The position numbers and the translations under genes were made by a program. Below are positions 8,676 through 21,758 of a stretch of 52,846 nucleotides of DNA, piece by piece. The stretch covers positions 44,716,125 through 44,768,970 of the forward strand of contig NC_068985.1 of the NCBI RefSeq assembly GCF_001194135.2. Direction: 5' to 3'. Under the pieces are notes generated by a model. That model was not told the origin of the DNA. It was given only the letters and a program-made list of their open reading frames with translations, and made no database searches. Numbering within the stretch: position 1 is the first letter of the stretch; each line of letters starts with the position of its first letter. This stretch comes from Octopus bimaculoides (lineage: Eukaryota).

Positions 8676-10664
8676 TATATGTATGTATGTATGTATGTGT
8701 GTATGTGTATATGTATCTGTCTGTCTGTCTTATGTCCGTCCGTCCGTCTGTCTGTCGTTTGTCGTTTGTCTGTCGTTTTTCTATCTATCAAGATACTAAC
8801 TCATGTATTTTACTCTGATCAGTTCATTAGTTGATACCCGGCAATTTATGGACTGTAAAAAGTTTTAATTGTTTTATGCCAATGCAAATTGTTTAAAACT
8901 TCTACGATTTATTATGTTCTTTTTGCTCGATGTACGGAAGATATTTAATCGAGCATGGCGTAGCTATTATAAACGACATCACGATACAATCGAAACAATG
9001 GTAATAGCAGTTTATGTGGTCGTTATTTAGTCCAGATAGTTCGGACACCAATCGACAATTTCTCCACGTCCAGCTAGCCAATATCTCATGCAATTTCCTC
9101 AATTTCGTTTTCTGTTTTATTACTTAATTCTAACCTCCGAAAGCATAATTAACCAAAGACGAATCGAACCATGATAAGAAAAGGAAAAAAAAAAAAGAAA
9201 AAAGAAAAGAAAAGAGGAATTTTAAAAAATGAGAAAAAAAGAAAAAAAAAGAAAAAGGAAAAGTAGAAAACGTTTACGTCAGCAAATAATATACGAATGT
9301 TTCCGACATGTGAAATGTCCATTCTCTCATTTCGGAAATGACCGCTGGAAATTGTCACTTGGAACTCCTGTCTGACACAAAAACTACTTGCCGTTTGTCC
9401 TCTTCAGCTTTCCACACAGCTCGCAAATAAAACTCGAAACCACATAATGTAAACAGCCAATAAAAATTGCTCGAAAATGAGATTGGTGAAAGGTCAACGT
9501 TATAACTGCAATTCCCTGTAAGTGAATATTTCGTAATTCGGTTTGTGGCACGAAATCCGGGTCTTTTCTATTCCATTCATTATATGGTTTCTGTGTGGAC
9601 TTCAGCGTAACTGTCTGTCTGTATGTACTTTATGCATGCTTGTATTACATATATCGTCAATACGTATAACTGTGTGCGTGTTGTAGTTGCTTACTAGAGA
9701 TTTTCATTTATTCTACCGATGATATACGTAACCATATACACATGCTTATCTAAGCATGTATGCATACATATACATCTATATACGTGAGTGTATGTGCGTG
9801 TTTGTGTGATTACATACACACACATACCTATCTATATCTATCTATCTATCTATCTNNNNNNNNNNNNNNNNNNNNNNNNNNNNNNNNNNNNNNNNNNNNN
9901 NNNNNNNNNNNNNNNNNNNNNNNNNNNNNNNNNNNNNNNNNNNNNNNNNNNNNNNNNNNNNNNNNNNNNNNNNNNNNNNNNNNNNNNNNNNNNNNNNNNN
10001 NNNNNNNNNNNNNNNNNNNNNNNNNNNNNNNNNNNNNNNNNNNNNNNNNNNNNNNNNNNNNNNNNNNNNNNNNNNNNNNNNNNNNNNNNNNNNNNNNNNN
10101 NNNNNNNNNNNNNNNNNNNNNNNNNNNNNNNNNNNNNNNNNNNNNNNNNNNNNNNNNNNNNNNNNNNNNNNNNNNNNNNNNNNNNNNNNNNNNNNNNNNN
10201 NNNNNNNNNNNNNNNNNNNNNNNNNNNNNNNNNNNNNNNNNNNNNNNNNNNNNNNNNNNAACGCGGTCGTTTAACCGAATAGTTCTACTTGATATGATAC
10301 ACACGTTAGCAGCCGACCGTTTTCGTGCCGTGTCAGGCGGTTTCTTTTGACGACATTAACTTATTTCCTGTAGGCATTGGCATTACTATTATTATTTTTT
10401 TTGCCTGTTGGCTACCACAAATGTTATAATCATTTAATCATGTAATAATTATTTAATCTTGCATTTGATAATTATTTAATCTTGTAATAGTTTCAGTCAC
10501 TGGATAGTTACAGTGCTTTTACTACAGATATTGCGTTCGTCGATCGCTGTGAATCCGATACTTATTTCAGTATAGTGGTTGTTTTCTCGATTTGAACTAA
10601 TCGCATGGCTTGCAACCACACATACATACACAAAAGTGTTTTAAAATTTTATTTGAACTTATAG

Positions 10665-11285
10665 GTACAGATGCTGCTGTGTGGCCAAGAAGGTCACATT
10701 GCATCCACGTCGTTTTGGGTTCAGTCCCACTGAGCGACACCTTGGGCAGATGTTTTCTACTAGAGCCCCGGGTCGACCAAAGCCATGTGAATGAATTTGG
10801 TTGACAGAAACTGTGTGAAATGCAGCGAGCTGGCAGAAACGTTAACACGCCGGGCGAAATGCTTAGCGGTATTTCGTCTGCCGTTACGTTCTGAGTTCAA
10901 ATTCCACTGCGGTCGACTTTGCCTTTCATCCTTTCGGGGTTGATAAATTAAGTACCAGTTACGCACTGGAGGTCGTTATAATCAACTTAATCCCTTTGTC
11001 TGTCCTTGTTTGTCCCCTCTATGTTTAGCCCCTAGTGGGCAATAAAGAAATAAGGAACTCTGTGGAAGCACGTCGAATATGCATAAGTGTGTGTGTTTGT
11101 GTTTGTAGTTTACCATCGCTATGTCCCTGTAGCTTAGTTTTTTGGCAAAAGAATTCGATAGAATAAGTACCAGTCTTTAAAATAAATCTTGGAGTACATT
11201 TGTTGGTCTAAAACCCTTCAGGGCGATGCCCTAGCACGGGCGAAGTCCAATGAGTGAAACAGGCAAAAGATAAGGTAAAAATTGC
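10665..11285 (+). mobile_element. SINE family B split by a SINE-A insertion
   Basis: 5' half at 10665-10822 (B-box gggttcagtccc, CORE-like ccttgggcag) and 3' half at about 11090-11285. Confidence 0.75.
10826..11054 (+). mobile_element. SINE family A, Tx1-tail subfamily, near full length
   Basis: tRNA head, then a tail tgtctgtccttgtttgtcccctctatgtttagcccctagtgggcaataaag. Confidence 0.92.
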
Positions 11286-11807
11286 AAGTAGCAACATGCT
11301 CAACTGTGTAAATTCGGAGATGAGGTGCAAACAGATTATAACCTGCGAAGGTGTACGATTTTTGACAGTGAAATAAAGTATTACATGTAAGATTTGAATA
11401 ATATTTAAGATAATTTAGAGACTCTACATTTAAATAATATATTAGACTTTTTTCCTCCATTAATGTGCAATCTTGATCCTTTGATGAGAATTATCACTCA
11501 TACGATATACACGCACATACACACACGCGAAGGTGCACACAAACCCGCTCATACCCATACGTATGAGTTTGAGTATCTATACGCTTAGGGTAGCTAGTCT
11601 GGCGTATAACAAGCCTCTGTTATGTAGATATTAGGGGTTGCATTAAACTTAGTGGGGTAATATATGTTTAAGTTAATGTAATTGGAAATATCAGTGGAGT
11701 CTTCACCCTTATTTAAGCAACATGGTTGCTAACTCTGACTCGATCCGTGAAGCAGCCCGCCGGGTATTGTAGTATAAATAAGAAAACTCAGCAGTAATGA
11801 GATTATT

Positions 11808-11950
11808 TGAGTTCAATTTCGCCAAGGTCGACTTTGCCTTTCATCCTTTCGGGGTCGATAAATTAAGTACCAGTGAAACACTGGGGTCGATATAATCGAT
11901 TAGTCCCCTCCCCCAAAATTTCAGGCCTTGTGCCAATAGTAGAAAGGATT
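11808..11950 (+). mobile_element. SINE family A, 5'-truncated, second tail type
   Basis: gagttcaat..aaggtcgactttgcc..aaaatttcaggccttgtgcc..gtagaaagg. Confidence 0.85.
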
Positions 11951-12224
11951 AAGATGATTATTAATGATTTGAAAGGACACCGTATTTCGTTATGCAACCA
12001 TACTATGCTACAAACTGTATTAAACGCTTTATTAGTGAATATTGTGTTTTACTGTGCTAGTGGTGTTATTAAGGTTATCCCTACAGATATATATAGTGTT
12101 GATGAGGGTGCCAGAACACCTGAAATATGGCTTATACACCCATTACCCATTCTTCCATCTTTGATTGCATCGTTGTTTACATTAGACGCACTCGAATACG
12201 AAACGTCGTGACAAGTCAGTGCTC

Positions 12225-12680
12225 TTACTCTTTACTCTTTACTCTTTTACTTGTTTCAGTCATTTGACTGTGGCCATGCTGGAGCACCGCCTTTAGTCGA
12301 GCAAATCGACCACACGAATTATTCTTTGTAAGCCTAGTACTTATTCTATCAGTCTCTTTTGCTGAACCGCTAAGTTACGGGGACGTAAACACACCATTAC
12401 TGGTTGTCAAGCGATGGTGGAGGGACAAACACAGACACACAAACATATNNNNNNNNNNNNNNNNNNNNNNNNNNNNNNCATATACACACATACATACATA
12501 TATATATATACATATATACGACGGGCTTCTTTCAGTTTCCATCTACCAAATCCACTGACAAGGCTTCGGTCGGCCCGAGGCTATAGTAGAAGACACTTGC
12601 CCAAGATGCCACGCAGTGGGACTGAACCCGGAACCATGTGGTTGGTAAGCTACTTACCACACAACCACTCCTGCGCCTAT
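12225..12680 (-). mobile_element. SINE family B, full length, with (TTTTACTC)n tail
   Basis: All segments present in reverse complement, with a central (CA/TA)n and a small gap. Confidence 0.92.
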
Positions 12681-12959
12681 ATAATAGCCAGTGCTGGCTA
12701 TAATCTTTATAGAATATCTGTAGAGATAATCTTAACATGTAATGAGATTATACTAGGTGTATATTATAACATACATTGATATTACGTGATTTTCCCTCAG
12801 TGGGATTTTAATTCTGGTAAGTGTAATACTTGTTTAGGGGTCTCTAGTTTATAGGGGTTTTGTTGCATATAATACTGTTATGTTGGTGCTTTTGTTGTTG
12901 TTGTTGTTAGCCTCACAACAACCATGGTTGATCAGACGTATGAATAAAACTATTCAAAA

Positions 12960-13127
12960 TGGTTGCATGGTAAAAAGTTTGCTCACCAACCACATGGTTC
13001 CTGGTTCATCTTTTCTGCGTGGTACCTCGGACAGATATCTTCTACTACAGTCGCGGGCCGATCGAAACCTTTTGTGTGGATTTTGTAGACAGATCCCGTC
13101 GTATTTACATAATATGTGTATCTATGA

Positions 13128-13158
<31 letters not shown>

Positions 13159-13377
13159 CATGTGTGTGTGTGTCTTTGCATCTGTGTTTGTTTCTCCAAC
13201 CACTTCACAACCGGTGTTGGTGTGTTTAAGTCTCCGTAACTTAGAGGTTCGGCAAAAGAGATCGACAGGATATGTACCAGACTTAAACAATAAATAATAG
13301 GGTCGATTCGTTCGGCTAAGATTCTTCGAGACAGTGCCCTAGCATGGCCGCAATCCAAAGTAAAAGATAAAAGATCA
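12960..13377 (+). mobile_element. SINE family B, diverged
   Basis: accaaccacatggttcc head, central (TG)n, and ccagcatggccgcaat-type tail. Confidence 0.85.
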
Positions 13378-13438
13378 TGCTATACATTTACATTTATATG
13401 TTGTTGGGAATAAATATTTTAAGCGTTTATTTTAAAAT

Positions 13439-13671
13439 CGGTGATTCTTAACCATTTTTTGCTTATGACCCCCTTTAGCCCCTGTTTTAATCGGGTTTAC
13501 CCTCATAGCCATTTGATTTTTAGTATATGCTATTATACTTTTATAGTTTAATATTGTCAAGAAGCATATAAAAGATTGTTAGAATATTTTGTGTACTGTA
13601 GAAGTGTAACCAATTTATTGCACGTAAATTTTAACAACAGGAATCATATGGATCCCCGTTAAGAACCCTTG
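13439..13671. mobile_element. hAT-type MITE (~233 bp)
   Basis: Degenerate TIRs cggtgattcttaacc / cgttaagaacccttg (10 of 15 match; CAGTGGTTCTTAACC-like). Possible 8-bp TSD tttaaaat/cctaaaac. Confidence 0.5.
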
Positions 13672-13870
13672 CCTAAAACCAGTACGTGTGTAATTTGAGG
13701 GAGGTTTGGTTGGTATTTCTAGCAAGTTGTCGTGAGCATGTAGCAGTTCACGCGGTGACTCCTATCTATAACATGGATACGTACGGATACATGCGATGCT
13801 CATGATTGTATGTAGATGGACATTATGCACAATCGTCTCTTCGTGCAATAACACACACACACACACACAC

Positions 13871-13909
13871 GCAAAGATTTGACCTTCACAAATATTCAGA
13901 TATTCACAT

Positions 13910-13940
<31 letters not shown>

Positions 13941-14160
13941 CATACATACATACATACATACTTATGAATACCTAAACTCCACACACATACACACACACAA
14001 ACACACATACACAACACACACACGCAAAGATTCGACCTTCACAAATATACAGACATTCACATATACATACATACGTACATACATACATACATACATACAT
14101 ACATACATACTTATGAATACCTAAGCTCCACACACATACACATACACAAACACACACACA
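13871..14160. repeat. 153-bp tandem duplication built around (CATA)n/(CA)n
   Basis: gcaaagatt(t/c)gaccttcacaaatat occurs at 13871 and 14024, and cttatgaatacctaa(a/g)ctccacac is also repeated. Confidence 0.9.
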
Positions 14161-14944
14161 CACACTACACACACACTACACACACACACACACACACACA
14201 CACAGCTGTCCATGTTCCTGCACATTGCCCACTCGTTATCTCAAGTCCTGGGAATGAAAGACGAGATGGCTAAAAGTCCATCGAGCCTCTTGCACCGTTA
14301 CTGTTGACTTAATCATTATAAGGCAATTTCTTTGTCTGATATTACGGTTGGGGCATTTCCTCTTTGGTGATGGACAGAGCGTGAGCGAGCGGCTGCGTTT
14401 ATTTGTGCACCAACGTGCGTGTCCGTTTGGGATACTAAATGTGTGTGTAAGTGTGGTGGCCCTGGTGGTGGTAGTGGTGGTGATGGTGGTGTTGGTGGTG
14501 GTGTTGTGGTGGTGGTGGTGGTGTGTGTGTGTGTGAGAGTGTACGCCGTGGGCATTTGCCTGTATTGCATGCGTCTGAGATGGTGTGGAGAGGACAATGT
14601 TCGTTCCTGTTTTTCTATTGGAAGCGAGTGAAGCTAAAATAAACACTGACATGCATGCACGCATGTATACACACGCGTTGTACATACGTATGAGTGTACA
14701 CACATACACACGCACATACATACATACATACATACACATTTACATATATATACGTATAAATATATGTATATGCAAACAAGTATATGCTTATATGTGTGTG
14801 TATGAGTGCGTGTAGGCGCATAAACACACACACACAAGCACACGTATATACGTATGTGTGCCTATGTATGCGTATGTATGTGTGTGTGTATTTTTTACGC
14901 ATATACATGTGTAATATACATATATGTATATACAGTATATATAC

Positions 14945-14978
<34 letters not shown>

Positions 14979-15494
14979 NNNNNNNNNNNNNNNNNNNNNN
15001 NNNNNNNNNNNNNNNNNNNNNNNNNNNNTATATATCGTTTATATACATACACAGACATAAACATCCACACTCAACGCCTGTGTTATGCATAGGTATACAG
15101 ATGCTCCGGTAAAAACACACACATGCATATATTGATACACACACACACACACACACACACATACACACATGTATATATGTGTATAAGAATATATAAACAT
15201 ACGCATAAAACACTTCATCGGGGTTATATTTACCCTCCACCCCTGTCTAGTTTCATCCATCCTCTTTGTTCGCTTCTTACACGTTTGTTCATTCGTCTGA
15301 CAAGGAAACGCGCCGCTCGGAAGCCAAAAACGAAGACCACTCACACCAGTCCAAGACCAATGGAATTATTTTTGTCCCTTCCGTAAAGGCAATCAAAATA
15401 GGAACGTAAAACGGAACGACGATGAAATGAAAACAAAACAAAACGGTAAACACTAAATTTCTAATTCCAAGAACAACAAACAAAGCTTACTCTG

Positions 15495-15551
<57 letters not shown>

Positions 15552-15641
15552 AATAATAATAATAATAATATATAACAATAACAGCATTAGTAACAACACT
15601 AACAACAACAACAATAATAATNNNNNNNNNNATAATAATAA

Positions 15642-15688
<47 letters not shown>

Positions 15689-16544
15689 CCAATATGTAAA
15701 GATAAAACTAAGACAAAAAAAAAAGATAATGATGGTTGCAGCAAACAAGAATCCAATATCTGTTGGCCACGAACGGTATCAATATATTTGGTTTCCATTA
15801 TTGTTTTTGGAGTGGTCAGTAAACATTGCAAAGGCTACTACTGGTCATCTCTTGATGATTGACTGAAATCAATTTGGAATTTGCATGGCTGCAGTCATGT
15901 TCGCTTGGCTAAACAACCAAATGAGGAGAGACGTCCAGACTATTCGCTCAGACGGTTGGTTGGCAGCATGGCACAATTTAAACTTAACATTGCAATTAGA
16001 ATTTTGCTTGCTTTTTTATTTCTTTCCTTTTTTTTTTGTTTTTTTTGTATTCTTTTGTCCAGGGTCTTGCGTGATTTCACATAGTTTTATCTGCTTGCGA
16101 TTACGTGTGTATGCGTGTTTATGTGTATGTGTGTGTGTGTATGTATTATGTTTTATAGCAAACCGTGTTTATGTTTAATGTTACGTCCTGTTTAATGTTA
16201 CGTTTCTGTTTTTAGCGTGTTTTGGTTACGTTATTAAGTATGGTGAGGTGTATTTTATGATATTGGTGTTGTGAAGCGTGTGTGAATCATTGTGTACATG
16301 CATATGGCTATGTAACTATGCGTGTGTGTATGCGTATGCGTGTGCATGTGTATATATGTGCATATATATGTGTCTGTTCGTATCTGCATGTCTGTCTATT
16401 AGAATGTGTTACTTCAAGTTCGTTCAGATTATTTTATGTGGTGGAGTATGATGATCTGTTCCAATATCTTTGTACTCCTCAGTATTCCTGTATATCGCTC
16501 TATGTCTGCATATTGCTGTATGTGGTTATTACATAACCGCGTAA

Positions 16545-16700
16545 AGGCAAGTGAATTGACAGTGTCTTGCGGCATTAATTCTGTCTTTTTGCGTCCTGAG
16601 TTCAAATCCCACCGAAGTTAACTTTGTTTTTCATCTTTTCCGGGTCGACAAAATAAACTACAATTCAAGTTCAGGGATCGATGGTATCGGATATCCCATC
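16545..16700 (+). mobile_element. Old SINE family A copy
   Basis: ctgagttcaaatccc B-box followed by a degenerate body. Confidence 0.65.
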
Positions 16701-16782
16701 TACTGACCCTGTGCCTTAATTAAAAACAGTTGATTTAATCACATTCAGTAATATACAGGATCTAATTTTTGATTCGTTATAA

Positions 16783-17003
16783 TTGCTTACCAACCACATG
16801 GTTTCGGGTTCAGTCCCATTGCGTGGCACCTTGGGCAAGTGTTTTCTACTATAGCCTCGGGCCGACCAAATCCTTGTGAGTGGATTTGGTAGACGGAAAC
16901 TGAAAGAAGCCCGTCGTATATATGTATATGTGTGTATATGTTTGTGTGTCTGTGTTTGTCCCCGTAACTTAGCGGTTCGGCAAAAGAGACCGATAGAATA
17001 AGA
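16783..17003 (+). mobile_element. SINE family B, 3'-interrupted by a Penelope end
   Basis: Near-consensus head and core, ending at gatagaataag. Confidence 0.9.
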
Positions 17004-17164
17004 TTCTTTCTGGTGGTCAAGTTTGGCGTTCTGCCTGGTTGACTTCCCTGTGGGCCATGGTCATCAACCGTTCCGGTTATTTGATTTTCTTAAAGGGTCA
17101 GTTTGTTTTTATTATTGCCTGAGGGTCCGGTTCTAATAGGAGGTAAAATTTCACTGGTCTAGAA

Positions 17165-17871
17165 CAGGGGTCACCAAACCTTTTTCACAGCCGAATCTCA
17201 CGAACTAAGCAGCAAAAAGGAATTTAGTGAGATTTGTGAAACTAGTGTTTAGCCTTTAAGATATAATCAATATTTGCTTTGGAATTGCTGCATCCTACCA
17301 AAGAATTGCTTTTAAATGTTCATCAGCCGCAGGAGTGGCTGTGTGGTAAGTAGCTTGCTTACCAACCACATGGTTCCAGGTTCATTCCCACTGCGTGGCA
17401 CTTTGGGCAAGTGTCTTCTACTATAGCCTCGGGCTGACCAAAGCCTTGTGAGTGGATTTGGTAGACGGAAACTGAAAGAAGCCTTTCGTATATATGTATN
17501 NNNNNNNNNNNNNNNNNNNNNNNNNNNNNNNNNNNNNNNNNNNNNNNNNNNNNNNNNNNNNNTGTGTTTACGTCTCCGTAACTTGGCGGTTCGGCAAAAG
17601 AGACCGATAGAATAAGTACTAGGCTTACAAAGAATAAGTCCTGGGGTCGATTTGCTCGACTAGAGGAGGTGTTCCAGCATGGCCACAGTCAAATGACTGA
17701 AACAAGTAAAAGAGTCAACCTCGTTCGATGTGCTGACTTCACACACTTTTGAAAATGTTTGCTCACAGACATAAGTTGTTTCAAACACTGATGCCATACC
17801 AGAGGCAGATGCAAGTACTTGCACAAAAGGTACAGAGCGGCGGCAGGCCAGATGAACTGACCTAGCGGGCC
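17165..17871. mobile_element. hAT (Buster/Charlie-like) relic containing a SINE-B
   Basis: TIR caggggtcaccaaaccttttt after an NNNTANNN site (gtctagaa). Minus-strand MASVFETTYVCEQTFSK resembles the hAT C-terminal dimerisation region. gcggcaggccagat..gcgggcc is a typical subterminal motif. Confidence 0.65.
17328..17714 (+). mobile_element. SINE family B, full length with a central gap
   Basis: gcaggagtggctgtgtggtaag head through the cagtcaaatgactgaaacaagtaaaagag tail. Confidence 0.93.
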
Positions 17872-18489
17872 TGAGTATACTTTCTTTATTCAATGGGAAT
17901 TGTGTTGAAGTGTTTTCGGTGAATTGATAGAAAGAGAAGATTTAATATTTCGGGTTTATGTTTGTGGGGCATTGGTCTAGGTGTTTGCTTATGGGGTCCC
18001 GGATTTGTTACCTGTGTACCGTCAGTCTGTCCCTCAAGGTCAAACTACTTTGACTTATGTAGTCTCCATCACACCCACCACATTTGAGGACATAGATTAA
18101 ATTTTCTGATGCCCAAGTGAAGTGATTTTTTTTATTGTAAAAGTCTGACCTGACTTAAATTGAGCCTTACAAGAGATAGGTGCAAGTCCCGCAGTTAGGG
18201 CGGCTTCATATTTTGACTTGTATTTTTGGTGAGAAATTTGGCGCTGCTGAGTAGCAATTTTAGGGATTGCATTTATCTCTTGCTTTTAATAGCCCTTTGT
18301 GTTTCGAGTGCTGTTTTCATGTCATTCATTTCAGGTCATTCATGAGGAGTATGTTTAGCTGGATGATGCTGTATGCTTCATTGTTCCTCAGATTATGTGT
18401 AGATATATAAGATAAAGTTTTAAGTGTGTCATGGGGTTTTGTGATTTGCTATCCAATTATCGCTATAATTTATTCCCACCTCGAAAATT

Positions 18490-19885
18490 TAAAATAAATA
18501 CTAGTCGAGAAGAATGGGAAATAATTAATGATCTCAAGGAGGAGCATAATATAATTATTAAAAAATTGCGATAAAGGGAGTGCTGTAATATCATGGACTC
18601 AGAAAAATATATAAACACTACTCTAATCCTCCCTCAAGACAATACCTACTACGAAAAAAATCAACAACTACAGTCAATTCAAGATAATGGCAAAATTTAC
18701 TACCCTTAACCATCAGTTTCAATGAGATTTAACGGAGGAGAGAGATTATTTAACTAGACTGCAAAACCAGTAACATATATGAACTTCCCAAAATTCACAG
18801 AAGAGAAGCCATAAACGAATCCCGCAGCAAGTCAACATCTTTAGTCATAAATATTCCACATCCGAGAGATCTCAAAATTGTGGCCGGTCCCTCGTGTGAG
18901 ACACACAAACTTTATTGACGTCATTCTAAACCCTATTCTCCGACATATACCAAGCATTATAAGAGATGATCTTGACTTTTTAAACCATCTCCCGAACACA
19001 ACACCAGGACTCCCTTCAAGTTTCATTCGATGTAATAAACCTCTACACTTCGGTTCCTCACGAATACGGAATAGAAACCATACAATTCTGGCCGGAAAAA
19101 TTCCCAGAATTCCTGATCGATTCGGAAAAAAGATTCATCATTGAAGGAATAAAATTCATCCTACAGAACAACTTCTTCAACTTCAACCAGTACACCTGCA
19201 GGCAAAAATCGGGCACTACTACTTTCGCTAACCTTGTCATAGCATACTCGGAAATCCTAATATACGAGCACACTAGACTGAAATTCGGAGACAACTTCCA
19301 AAAGTACTTACTCACTAATTGGAAACGCAACTCCAAGTCACCATACAATGACACCAGTCTCTAAACCAATGAAATTTTACCTCCGATTAGAACCGGACCC
19401 TCAGGAAAAAAGTAAACTGACCCTTTAAGAGAATCAACCATTTCCTACAGGGAAGTCAACCAGGCAGAACGCCAAACTTGACCACCAGTAAGAATAAGAC
19501 GTCATCAGAGTTATATCGAACAAAAAATTAGACCCGTTCATGGAAAAGCTTATATGATACACTGATTCCAAAACACTCCGTTACCAGCGAAAAACCCTGT
19601 ACGCGACGGAAAAAAGAGTTACGCAAGTTGACCTCTTTCTTTTTACTCTTTTTTTTTTACTTTCTTCTTTCCTTATTTTTCTCTCAGTATGACCCTAGCT
19701 TTTGGTGATTCGCATTTTTTATATTCTTCGCCGATCATATTTGATATTATTGAATTTTGTGAACGTTTAATAATTTAAACAGGTTTTCTACTCGGCAATA
19801 TTAAATGTTTTTAATCCCGTATGTTTATACTATTGATAAACAAAAGAATTGTTGAAACTAGTTTGGTATCTATGTAAATAAATAT
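18490..19885 (+). mobile_element. Penelope-like element: degenerate RT with an internal deletion and 3' UTR
   Basis: EEWEIINDLKEEHNIIIKK.DKGSAV..MD, LPKIH, FIDVIL.P.LRHIPSIIRDDLDFL, SFDV.NL, FILQNNFFNF, FANLVIAY, NWKR. Jumps to the 3' end at about 19335. Confidence 0.9.
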
Positions 19886-20305
19886 ATTTTAAAACAATTA
19901 CAAGGTTTTCAAATTCAGGTGCATTTTCAATAACAAAATTCTTTTATAATTTTTCCTGCGTGGCCGCAGCTCTGAGCTGAAANNNNNNNNNNNNNNNNNN
20001 NNNNNNNNNNNNNNNNNNNNNNNNNNNNNNNNNNNNNNNNNNNNNNNNNNNNNNNNNNNNNNNNNNNNNNNNNNNNNNNNNNNNNNNNNNNNNNNNNNNN
20101 NNNNNNNNNNNNNNNNNNNNNNNNNNNNNNNNNNNNNNNNNNNNNNNNNNNNNNNNNNNNNNNNNNNNNNNNNNNNNNNNNNNNNNNNNNNNNNNNNNNN
20201 NNNNNNNNNNNNNNNNNNNNNNNNNNNNNNNNNNNNNNNNNNNNNNNNNNNNNNNNNNNNNNNNNNNNNNNNNNNNNNNNNNNNNNNNGTGTGTGTGTTT
20301 GTGTA

Positions 20306-20340
<35 letters not shown>

Positions 20341-21714
20341 ATGTATATATATATATATATATATATATAAATATATATGTTTTTGTGCATGTATGTATGT
20401 TTGTACATATATGTGTATATGTATTAAGAGAAAGAGGGAGACGGACGGAAGATTATAAACAAATTTAGTAAATACAGATAAAAAATATATAAAAATATAA
20501 GGAGAATAAGTAGGAGACAGTTGACGGTGTATAAGAGGGGGAAGCGCGAATAAATAGAGAAAATTATACCACATAAGGAGCTGGTGGATGGAGGTGGATG
20601 AAAAGTAGGAGGTAACTAGGAGACTGTTAGAAGGTGTAAGTGGTGAGAGCGAACTCAAAATACAAGAGAAAGATTGAATGTAAGCAAATCTCATAATTTC
20701 ATGGAGGTTATGGTGGAGCAGTATTAGGAGGATGTGGAGAGTTAATGGAGNNNNNNNNNNNNNNNNNNNNNNNNNNNNNNNNNNNNNNNNNNNNNNNNNN
20801 NNNNNNNNNNNNNNNNNNNNNNNNNNNNNNNNNNNNNNNNNNNNNNNNNNNNNNNNNNNNNNNNNNNNNNNNNNNNNNNNNNNNNNNNNNNNNNNNNNNN
20901 NNNNNNNNNNNNNNNNNNNNNNNNNNNNNNNNNNNNNNNNNNNNNNNNNNNNNNNNNNNNNNNNNNNNNNNNNNNNNNNNNNNNNNNNNNNNNNNNNNNN
21001 NNNNNNNNNNNNNNNNNNNNNNNNNNNNNNNNNNNNNNNNNNNNNNNNNNNNNNNNNNNNNNNNNNNNNNNNNNNNNNNNNNNNNNNNNNNNNNNNNNNN
21101 NNNNNNNNNNNNNNNNNNNNNNNNNNNNNNNNNNNNNNNNNNNNNNNNNNNNNNNNNNNNNNNNNNNNNNNNNNNNNNNNNNNNNNNNNNNNNNNNNNNN
21201 NNNNNNNNNNNNNNNNNNNNNNNNNNNNNNNNNNNNNNNNNNNNNNNNNNNNNNNNNNNNTATATACATACATATATAATATATATACATATATATACAT
21301 ATATATGTATATATATATATTTATATACAATTTCATATGAATATATACATACATACACACATAATTAGTATCATACACAAATGTATATGAATAAATACAT
21401 TATATAAATCCTGTATTTTAATGTTTATATATGTGTGTGTGTGTGAGTGTGTGTGCATGTATGTGCAACAAACGTATACATAAACACACAGATACACTCA
21501 CACACACACACGCGCGCGCGTACACACACACACACAAACGCACCCACACACACGAACACACATGCCTGACCTCTTCCAAATCATGAGCTCTTATTTTAAG
21601 AGACCAGGAGAAATGTTTGTAGCGTTGCTATCATTTTTATATAGCTGTTGTTACAATTGTCGCTGTTATTGTCACTGTCGTTATATTTCATATAGCAGTA
21701 GTAATAGTAGACGC

Positions 21715-21758
<44 letters not shown>

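Larger units (their letters stand above)
17005..18455 (-). mobile_element. Penelope-like element, inverted 3' portion (linker, GIY-YIG, 3' UTR), interrupted at 17165-17871
   Basis: Minus strand reads PNCGTC..ENLIYVLKCGGCDGDYISQ..TLRDRLTVH..IRDP..SKHLDQC..NKE. Bases 17005-17164 match the reverse complement of 19360-19497. Confidence 0.85.

Noticed and set aside
19927-21378. Long ORFs such as the 483-aa minus ORF and others spanning X runs
   Set aside because: Their length comes from N gaps, and the flanks are simple repeats.
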